From the NCBI RefSeq assembly GCF_006345805.1, contig NW_021827669.1, positions 1 through 9,965 on the forward strand: a stretch of DNA of 9,965 nucleotides. The letters are read 5' to 3'. Under the pieces are notes generated by a model. That model ran no database searches, was not told the DNA's origin, and saw nothing but the letters and a program-made list of their open reading frames with translations. A program made the translations under genes and the position numbers. How positions within the stretch are numbered: the first letter of the stretch is position 1; each line of letters begins with the position of its first letter. This DNA comes from Octopus sinensis. Its lineage: Eukaryota. Shown piece by piece: positions 1 through 8,512 of this stretch.

Positions 1-2
1 AT

Positions 3-260
3 GGTGAACGTTTTATTCCTCGAGGCCAGTATAGCCTTTTTGCCAATCCAATCCATATTCTGATAATTAGCTTGTAGATCTGGGAACACTGCATCTCTGA
101 GATCAGAAGGCGTCTTAACAATGGTACAAATGGAATCGATGGCAATATTACCATTTTCATCCCCTGGTATTTTGCCTTCGCCAAGTGCAAGGAGGGTGTG
201 AGGAAATGCTGCTGATGTGATATTACGTCGCATATGAGCTCGCATATTGGTGTAAAGTTT
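3..260 (-). pseudogene. Helitron RepHel PIF1-type helicase fragment, open to the left window edge
   Basis: Manual minus-strand translation: KLYTNMRAHMRRNITSAAFPHTLLALGEGKIPGDENGNIAIDSICTIVKTPSDLRDAVFPDLQANYQNMDWIGKKAILASRNKTFT. It matches the Helitron/PIF1 pattern L..NMR...F...LL..G.G...VFP....Y....W....AILA..N. Absent from the ORF track because no stop is reached inside the window. An in-frame TAA lies just upstream (276-278). Confidence 0.85.
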
Positions 261-492
261 GAGAGTTACTTCCCTTTATTTAAAGAAATATGCATTAAAA
301 TGGGAGAAAATGATGGTAAATTATTTGTAAAATCGTAGACTCATCGTAGATGCGCACTAATAGGCAGAAGGGCTCGATATGAATCGCGACTATAAGATAC
401 CCGGTTTTGGTTAAACTGCATCGCAAAATCTGGGAGTAGTTAGGAATCTAAATCGGAGTAGACAGACACACAACCTTTCTTTTATATATAAA
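261..492 (-). mobile_element. Putative 5' terminal segment of the same Helitron (non-coding)
   Basis: Minus strand starts A|TTTATATATAAAAGAAAGGTTGTGTGTCTGTC, resembling the A|TC-TATATAT.. starts of non-autonomous Helitrons (C would be mutated to T). It is contiguous and co-oriented with the helicase fragment. Based on resemblance only. Confidence 0.45.
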
Positions 493-523
493 TATTTTCG
501 TCCTAAAAAACTTTGTAATAGAC

Positions 524-1618
524 ATCTTCCAGATGTATATTATGGCATATCTTTCCCGCCTACGCTCCAAGGAATATAGTTTTAATCTCTTGAGTCTTTC
601 CCAGTAGCTTATTTTCTGCATAGAGGCTATCTTCTTCGTATAGCTACGTTTGATCGCCTCAAGTTCTGTGATCAACTTGACACTGGATGGTGACCATAAC
701 TGAGAGCAATAGTCAAAGTGGCTTAGGATGAGTGTCCTCCAGAGGACCATCATGGTTTCTTGTTCTAAAGGTTCTGAGAATCCATCCGGCCAGTCGTCTA
801 CATTTCATTGCCAATTTAGCAACATGTACACGAAAGGTTGCGTCATCACTCATGTAAATACCCAGGTCACGCACTGATTGTGTCTCTGGGATTGCAATTC
901 CTCCGGGTCCAGTGTATTCATTGGGTATTGCATTCAGTTTTGCATGCTGATAGTATAAATCTTGAAACTTTTCAGCATTGAACTGCATGCTATTCTTTTC
1001 AGCCCACTTGTATATTTTGTCCAGCTCACATTGCAGGTGTTTAGTGTCCTCAGGGTTCTGTATTGCCTGTGAAACTTTTGTATCGTCTGCATAACTTGTG
1101 ATCGTGGCTCTCTGCGTGACTGAGGGCATGTCTGAGAGGGCCATTATGAACAGTAGTGGTCCCAAAACAGTGCCCTGCGGAACACCGCTCACTATTTGCG
1201 TGTTAATGGAAGTGGCCTCATTAGCTACTACCACCTGACTTCTATCTTTCAGAAAGTCATGAAGCCATTCTCCCAGTTTTCCAACTATGCTGAGATCACG
1301 CAGTTTGTGACATATCATTCCATGATCGACTTTATCAAAGGCCTTTGCAAAGTCGAGATATATCACTTCCACATTTGAGTGGTTGAGCAGTCGTTTCGGC
1401 ACCCAGTCATAGTGTTGTAGGAGCTGAGTTAAACAGCTTCTCCCTGGTCGGAAACCATGTTGGCGGGGCGGGCGCAAGTCATTTTCTTCAAGGAAGGTGA
1501 TCAGTTTCCTTCTGACTATTCGTTCCATGACCTTGCTGATGTGTGAGGTGAGAGAGATAGGTCTGTAGTTCTTGGCCTCCGCTCTGCTACCTCCTTTATG
1601 AATAGGGCATATTTTACC
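524..1618 (-). pseudogene. Reverse transcriptase domain and thumb of LINE copy A
   Basis: Motifs [76 protein letters not shown]. Confidence 0.93.
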
Positions 1619-2398
1619 TTACTTCAGTTCTCTTGGAAGTTTGTCAGCTGCAAGGGAGCTCTGAAAGAGGAACTGCAGTGGGCTTGCTAGGACTCTCTTA
1701 CATACTTTTAGGAGGATTGCCGAGAATCCATCGGGGCCAGTAGCTGAGTCTGTTTTCATTTCATCTATAGCCTTTATTACATCGTCTTCCTTTATATCGA
1801 TGTAATTTATCGTCACCGCCTCTGATTTTATATCTGTAGTGGTAAAGAAGTCAGTTGGATTTCTGATTTGGAAATGCCCAAGGGGTGGAGTGAAAACACT
1901 CTTGAATTGCTCATTCAGTATTTCACTTACCCTCATTGGTTTTCCTGTGAGTGTGCCATCCTTTTCAAGGAGTGGCCCTATCCTACAGTGCACCGTAGTT
2001 GTTTCTTTTGGCATACCTGTAGAAAGCTCTGGGGTTAGATTTTATGTTGTCTATAGACCAGGCTTCTTTGTCTGCTCTTTCCTTTTCATGGGAGAGTTGC
2101 AGACATTTTTCAATTTCCAACAGTTTTATTTTCAGGCGGGACTTTTGACTGCTTTCAATTTGTTTGTTTAGGCGATTTGAAATTTTTGTACGCCGTCTCA
2201 TTAAAATTTTCCTCTCACTGGGGATTTTGTTCTTGTGTACAGTGGCCTTTCTCTCTGGGACACATTTGTAGCATATGGCTTGCATTACAGACATGAATTG
2301 TTGAAGTTTCACGTCGATGTCTGGCGAGGAGAGACATTCAGGCCAGTTTTGTTTGAGGATCTCTTTCTCAATTTGTTTCCAGTTTGCCTTATGGAAGT

Positions 2399-3033
2399 TC
2401 AAGCTGGAAAGATTCTGAGGGTTCTTGTAGGCTGCATGTCCATGCTTTCCTTTGGCCCGTCCATGGTCAGCTCTACCATGTTGTGATCCGAGAGTAGTGT
2501 CGGTGTCACTTTCACATTATGGATGAGATCCATATTATTTGTGAAGCAGAGATCCAGTGTGTTACCTGCCCTGGTTGGTTGGAGTATTACTTGCTCCATG
2601 TACAGGGTGTTGATGAGGTTCAGGAGGGACCTCGCCTGTCCTCGTTCACATCTTGTCATTCCTGGGAGAGAAAGGCCCTCGGGCCATCTGACATTGGGTA
2701 GATTGAAGTCTCCCATAAGAAGTACACTTATGTGTTGTTCTATCGTGATTAGAACTTCTATTTTTATAAGGCAGTCTTCAAACTTGCCTACATGGCTTGG
2801 AGCATCTGGAGGGTGATATGTAGCACACACAACTACATCAAGTTGCCTTATATGTATAATTAGTGTGTCACACACCGAGTTTGAGTATGACAAAAGGACC
2901 TGGGGTGTTAGGTCCTCACGGATGTACATAGCAACTCCTCCATGACTCCTTTCTTTTCTGTCGGTCCGTTGTACAACATACTGTGGTATGTGTAATTCCG
3001 CATCTGCTATGTCCGTTTCAGGTGCATTTCCGT
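2399..3033 (-). pseudogene. APE (apurinic/apyrimidinic-like) endonuclease domain of LINE copy A
   Basis: Motifs TE(M)HL [frameshift] ..RTDR..GGVAMYI, YHPP, MGDFN, PTR..NTLDL, SDH. Confidence 0.9.
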
Positions 3034-3041
3034 ATATATGT

Positions 3042-3104
<63 letters not shown>

Positions 3105-3128
3105 CATGATATATATATATACGTATAT
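3034..3128. repeat. Imperfect (TA)n microsatellite separating the two LINE copies
   Basis: Direct inspection. Confidence 0.95.
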
Positions 3129-4279
3129 ATACTCAAACCAACTAGGGCGAATAACATTGTGGGTCACTGCTTTACGAACAATATGGACATCATTCATGAT
3201 TTGAAAGTGACACCGACATTAGTTTCGGATCACAACATATTAGCGCTGTCTATGTTTGGGCTGAAAGTATCCAGAAACATACAGCATAAAGGAAGCACCC
3301 GAAATCACTCCAATCTGAACTTCCACAAAGCAGGTTGGAAATTGATCCAAAAAGAGATCCTCAGAGAGGACTTGCCGGAATGTCTCTCTACACCAGACAT
3401 TGACATGAAACTAGAATGTTTCATGTCTTTTGTGCAAGCTGTATGCCAGAAATTTGTCCCATGTCCCAGAGCACAAGGCCAAAACATATAGAAGGAAGAT
3501 TCCAAGAGACAGGAAGATCCTCATGAGACGACGGACGAAGCTTGCAAATCGTCTCAACCAACATCCCAAAAGTAGTGAAATGTCCCACCTAAAAACAACA
3601 CTGATGGGATCGAAAAAACGCTGCAACAATCCTATGTGAGGGAGAAATCAGACAAAGACACCTGGGTTATAAAAAACATTAAATCAAACCCAAAGGCCAA
3701 TTTTTCATTACGCGAAAGAAACAGTCTCAGTACACTACAAGATAGGACCACTCCTCCAAAAGGATGGCTCCCTCACAGACAGTCCAACTAAGATCAGTGA
3801 GATGCTGAATGACCAGTTCAAAAGTGCCTTTCCCACCCCGTTGGAAAACAGACAAGTGAACGAATGAGTGGACTTCTTTGCCGCCTCACAATCAGCGAGG
3901 CGGTTACAATAGAATGTAATGATATTAGCGAAGAAGATGTCCTAGTAGCCATAGATGAAGTGCACACAAACTCAACTACTGGTCCAGATGGTTTCCCAGC
4001 AATCCTCCTCAAAGTGTGTAATCATGCCCTGGCAAAACTCCTCAAGATTCTCTTCCAGAGCTTTCTTACAAATGGCAAATTGCCAAGCAAGCTGAAGGAG
4101 GGAATAATAAGCCCAATACATAAATGGGGAGGTAGAGCAGATGCTAAAATCTATAGGCCTATCTCTCTGACTTCACACATCAGCAAATCATGGAACGGAT
4201 AGTCAGAGTTAAACTAATCGCATTCCTTGAGGAAAATAACTTGCTAAGTGATACCCAGCATGGTTTTCGACCAGTGCGT
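3129..4279 (+). mobile_element. CR1-like LINE copy B fragment (end of APE, linker, start of RT), disabled
   Basis: [78 protein letters not shown]. Collinear with copy A (~2586 down to ~1440) on the opposite strand, with several frameshifts. Confidence 0.9.
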
Positions 4280-4384
4280 GGTCCTTCCCTTTTCCTTGTG
4301 TTGATGGCTTGTCCATCTGCCTCGTGTCTCTGCGGCAGGGTCCCCGATGTGCAAAGCGGCAGCCTGCACCTTCCTTTCCATGCC

Positions 4385-5107
4385 ATATATATAAATATAT
4401 ATATATATACATACATACATATATATACATACATATATACATATATATATGTATACATACATATATACATATATATATATACATATATACATATATATAT
4501 ATATACATACATATATACATATATATATATATACACATATATATACAGACATATACATATATATACAGACATATACATATACATACATACATATATATAC
4601 ATACATATATATTTATATACATACATATATATTTATATACATACATATATATTCATATACATACATATATATATATAGATACATATATATATATTTACAT
4701 ATACATACATATATATATATAGATACATATATATATATTTACATATACATACATATATATATATAGATACATATATATATTTACATATACATACATACAT
4801 ATATATAGATACATATATATATATTTACATATACATACATATATATATATATAGATACATATATATATATTTACATATACATACATATATATATATATAG
4901 ATACATATATATATATTTACATATACATACATATATATATATAGATACATATATATATATATACATATACATAATTATATATATAGATACATATATATAA
5001 TATTACATATACATACATATATATATATAGATACATATCTATATATTTACATACTATATAGATATATATATATATATTACATATAATACATATATATATA
5101 TTTACAT

Positions 5108-5150
<43 letters not shown>
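4385..5150. repeat. Compound (TA)n/(TACA)n microsatellite with a ~44-bp higher-order unit in its distal half
   Basis: TTTACATATACATACATATATATATAGATACATATATA-type unit starts at 4694, 4738, 4780, 4824, 4870 and 4916, then degenerates. Confidence 0.95.
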
Positions 5151-5151
<1 letters not shown>

Positions 5152-5272
5152 CAACAATAAGGAACGGCCATAATAGGCCATTCACCCACTAGAAATAACA
5201 GCCAAAGCTTCAACCGAAAAAAACATCAATTCCGCAAACCAGGAGAAAATTAAAAAAACACTTTACCCTGTA

Positions 5273-5379
5273 GTTCCTTATACGATGCACCGTTTCATCT
5301 ATTGTTTAATGGTAAACTAACCTGATTAAATTAAATCAAGCTAGTCTTCCATAGGCCGATAGATTCGTCAGTAAAGAAC
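5273..5379 (-). ncRNA. Type I hammerhead ribozyme, unit 1, core intact
   Basis: Minus strand: GUUCUUUA-CUGACGA-AUCUAU[56 nt]AUAGAU-GAAA-CGGUGCAUCG-UA|UAAGGAAC. Stem I 8 bp (one U.G), GUA triplet, predicted cleavage between 5281 and 5280. Confidence 0.88.
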
Positions 5380-5755
5380 AGCCAGATCGGAGCAGATATT
5401 TAGACGAGGCACTTCTATCACTGTCTCGGCAATATCTGACCTAAAATTTTCAAATCATCGCACTCGCGCCAAATTATCGGCAGCAAATATAAGCCGCCGA
5501 TTCCATTACGGAATAACCAGAAAATTCATAATTAATCAATATAGGGTGGCAAAAAATTTCGTAGAATTCTTTTGCCACCAGCGGCCTAGTGGGGAAAAAA
5601 ATTAAATAGTCATAGACCATTTATAAATTCAACAGCAACAATCAAGGAACGGCCATATAGGCCATTCACCCACTAGAAATAACAGCCAAGCTTCAACCGC
5701 AAAACAACATCAATTCCGCAAACCAGGAGAAAATTAAAAAAACATTTACCCTGTA

Positions 5756-5862
5756 GTTCCTTATATGATGCACCGTTTCATCTATTGTTTAATGGTAAAC
5801 TAACCTGATTAAATTAAATCAAGCTAGTCTTCCATAGGCCAATAGATTCGTCAGTAAAGAAC
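5756..5862 (-). ncRNA. Type I hammerhead, unit 2, G16.2>A variant (AUA triplet, C15.2.A16.2 mismatch), probably impaired
   Basis: Plus strand reads TTATATGATGC instead of TTATACGATGC (C>T at 5766, a CpG site). The rest of the core is intact. Confidence 0.8.
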
Positions 5863-6229
5863 AGCCGATCCGAGCAGATATTACACGAGGCACTTCTATC
5901 ACTGTCTCGGCAATATCTGACCTAAAATTTTCAAATCATCGCACTCGCGCCAAATTTATCGGCAGCAAATATAAGCCGCCGATTCCATTACGGAATTAAC
6001 CAGAATTCATAATAATCAATAGGGTGGCAAAAAATTTCGTAGAATTCTTTTGCCACCAGCGGCCTAGTGGGAAAAAATAAATAGTCATAGACCATTTATA
6101 AATTCAACAGCAACAATCAAGGAACGGCCATAATAGGCCATTCACCACTAGAAATAACAGCCAAAGCTTCACCGCAAAACAACATCATTCCGCAAACCAG
6201 GAGAAAATTAAAAAAACATTTACCCTGTA

Positions 6230-6333
6230 GTTCCTTATACGATGCACCGTTTCATCATTTTTAATGGTAAACTAACCTGATTAAATTAAATCAAGCTAGT
6301 CTTCCATAGGCGATAGATTCATCAGTAAAGAAC
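6230..6333 (-). ncRNA. Type I hammerhead, unit 3, CUGAUGA core
   Basis: Plus TCATCAG (6319-6325) gives CUGAUGA, a change at the free N7 position. GUA triplet intact. Small deletions in the stem II base. Confidence 0.8.
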
Positions 6334-6711
6334 AGCCAGATCGGAGCAGATATTTACACGAGGCACTTCTATCACTGTCTCGGCAATATCTGACCTAAAA
6401 TTTTCAAATCATCGCACTCGCGCCAAATTTATCGGCAGCAAATATAAGCCGCCGATTCCATTACGGAATTAACCAGAAAATTCATAATTAATCAATATAG
6501 GGTGGCAAAAAATTTCGTAGAATTCTTTTGCCACCAGCGGCCTAGTGGGAAAAAATTAAATAGCCATAGACCATTTATAAATTCAACAGCAACAATCAAG
6601 GAACGGCCATAATAGGCCATTCACCCACTAGAAATAACAGCCAAAGCTTCAACCGCAAAACAACATCAATTCCGCAAACCAGGAGAAAATTAAAAAAACA
6701 TTTACCCTGTA

Positions 6712-6819
6712 GTTCCTTATACGATGCACCGTTTCATCTATGTTTAATGGTAAAAAACTAACCTGATTAAATTAAATCAAGCTAGTCTGCCATAGGCCGA
6801 TAGATCGTCAGTAAAGAAC
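6712..6819 (-). ncRNA. Type I hammerhead, unit 4, one A missing at position 9/10.1
   Basis: Plus TAGATCGTCAG versus consensus TAGATTCGTCAG. May be a sequencing indel. Confidence 0.75.
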
Positions 6820-7198
6820 AGCCAGATCGGAGCAGATATTTACCCGAGGCACTTCTATCACTGTCTCGGCAATATCTGACCTAAAATTTTCAAATCATCG
6901 CACTCGCGCCAAATTTATCGGCAGCAAATATAAGCCGCCGATTCCATTACGGAATTAACCAGAAAATTCATAATTAATCAATATAGGGTGGCAAAAAATT
7001 TTCTTAGAATTCTTTTGCCACCAGCGGCCTAGTGGGAAAAAATTAAATAGTCATAGACCATTTATAAATTCAACAGCAACAATCAAGGAACGGCCATAAT
7101 AGGCCATTCACCCACTAGAAATAACAGCCAAAGCTTCAACCGCAAAACAACATCAATTCCGCAAACCAGGAGAAAATTAAAAAAACATTTACCCTGTA

Positions 7199-7305
7199 GT
7201 TCCTTATACGATGCACCGTTTCATCTATTGTTTAATGGTAAACTAACCTGATTAAATTAAATCAAGCTAGTCTTCCATAGGCCGATAGATTCGTCAGTAA
7301 AGAAC
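7199..7305 (-). ncRNA. Type I hammerhead ribozyme, unit 5, core intact
   Basis: Same sequence as the unit 1 motif. Predicted cleavage between 7207 and 7206. Confidence 0.88.
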
Positions 7306-7445
7306 AGCCAGATCGGAGCAGATATTTAGACGAGGCACTTCTATCACTGTCTCGGCAATATCTGACCTAAAATTTTCAAATCATCGCATTCGCGCCAAAT
7401 TTATCGGCAGCAAATATAAGCCGCCGATTCCATTACGGAATTAAC

Positions 7446-7489
7446 AATAATATTTACATATACATACATATATATATATATATAATATC

Positions 7490-7520
<31 letters not shown>

Positions 7521-7539
7521 ATATATAATACATACATAT
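7446..7539. repeat. Imperfect (TA)n/(TACA)n microsatellite
   Basis: Direct inspection. Begins with the same TTTACATATACATACATATAT motif found left of the array. Confidence 0.92.
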
Positions 7540-8512
7540 TGTTACGGAAACCGGCCATTGCTCAAACTCGAACCCGGGACCCTAGTAAGTCGAGCGACGA
7601 CGATTGACCAGCTCAGTCGAACAGGAATCCGCCACACAGAGAGGAAATGGTGGTGGAGGATGGCAGCGAACTCGAACCGTTGACTGGAGAAAACAACAAC
7701 AAAAGCAGGAAGAGATAGAGAAACGGCGGAAGGTAATTTGCTTACATTTATGAACAGTTTATACAATTATTAAAACATCAAATAAAACGTGAAACATAGC
7801 AGATACATTAAAGAAAATAACATGCAACAGAATTAAAAAGAAAAACAACCAATGCATTTAAACATAACACATCGTTCGAAAACAATCAAAGGCATGCACA
7901 ATACAAGTCCGAAGACAGTCTACGCAATATAGAGTTCGAAACAGTTCAACATTAAAGTCTTTCTCCTTCTTTCTTTTTCTCTTCAACACAATTCACAATG
8001 TTCTTTATAGTCTCATTTCTTTTCTTCCTCTTTTCCTTCTCTTTTTTTTTTGACACAATTTTTTTTTTCTTTACAACAGATTGCAGCTTATGTCACAATC
8101 CTTTCTTTTACATTTCACATCAAAATATAAACAAAACATACTGTTACAAGCTCCTGCTACAATAGCCGTGCCCTTCCGCTGTAATCTCTCTCTTTCGCTC
8201 TATATGTCCCCAATGCTATCTGCCTGTCTTTTTCACCACGCTTGTCATCCTCTCGCTTGTCATCTCACACATTCACTGTCTGTCTTTCTCAACGTTGTTG
8301 TTGCCTCCCACCATCGCCACCTTCTTGGCTGACCGTCCGTATCACTACTGTCTTTTGCCCAGCTGCCCTGTTGCCAATTCACTGTCTCAGGCAGAACTGA
8401 CCTGTTGCCATCTCACAATCTCAGGCAGAACTAACCTGTTGCCATCTCACTGTCTCAGGCAGAACTGCCAAACAAACCCAGCTGATCGCATTTTAAAGGG
8501 TGGTTTCTTACA
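7540..8512 (-). mobile_element. Possible LTR (Gypsy-like termini) of an LTR retroelement remnant
   Basis: Minus strand begins TGTAAG (8512), directly after a purine run AGGGAAAG (8513-8520, PPT-like), and ends CGTAACA (7540). Non-coding, with internal short tandem repeats. No TSD, second LTR or gag/pol seen. Confidence 0.35.
8367..8467. repeat. Three tandem copies of a 34-bp unit
   Basis: CCTGTTGCCATCTCACTGTCTCAGGCAGAACTRA at 8367, 8401 and 8435, head-to-tail with no spacers. Confidence 0.92.

Larger units (their letters stand above)
524..3033 (-). mobile_element. CR1/L2-group non-LTR retrotransposon (LINE) copy A, ORF2 APE+RT, truncated at both ends and disabled
   Basis: Five consecutive minus-strand ORF pieces (2399-2929, 1983-2402, 1619-2014, 713-1528, 448-753) form one ORF2 broken by frameshifts near 2420, 2005 and 755 and an in-frame TAA at 1619-1621. 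Homology stops after ERRRERYAIIYIWK (~524) and at a TA microsatellite (3033). Confidence 0.93.
5151..7445 (-). repeat. ~481-bp tandem array, about 4.8 units, non-coding; candidate non-LTR retrozyme / Penelope pLTR-type array
   Basis: Unit starts (GCAACAAT) at 5151, 5635, 6110, 6589 and 7076; the last unit is cut at 7445. Units are nearly identical, no non-microsatellite ORF is listed here, and there is one hammerhead motif per unit. The repeat itself is certain; the retrozyme label is inference. Confidence 0.9.

Noticed and set aside
2586-3129. Twin-priming 5' inversion of a single LINE insertion
   Set aside because: The two arms overlap the same ORF2 region and differ by more than 20%, so they cannot come from one cDNA.
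1196-4012. Short ORFs antisense to the LINE copies (1196-1378, 1839-2171, 2235-2486, 2519-2816, 3305-3629, 3818-4012)
   Set aside because: Shadow frames of LINE ORF2 with no recognisable motifs.
4280-4384. HDV-like ribozyme next to the LINE
   Set aside because: CCTCGT is present, but the nested P1/P2/P3/P1.1 double pseudoknot could not be built on either strand.
4180-5213. Long Y/I/M/C/V/H/T-rich ORFs (also 2988-3491 N-terminal part and 8615-9065)
   Set aside because: They are translations of TA/TACA microsatellites, which lack stops in several frames. Not proteins.
6502-6546. Hairpin followed by CTAGT in each array unit as a Helitron 3' end
   Set aside because: This CTAG is part of the CTAGTGGG/CCCACTAG stem, the hairpin is longer than typical and pairs better on the opposite strand, and the array does not end there. 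The hammerhead explains the unit better, but this is not formally excluded.
5151-7445. Pol III-driven SINE nature of the array
   Set aside because: No A/B boxes found, and the ribozyme strand has several runs of 5 or more T that would terminate Pol III.
8367-8467. 34-bp repeats as a CRISPR array
   Set aside because: Head-to-tail with no unique spacers, no cas genes, eukaryotic context.
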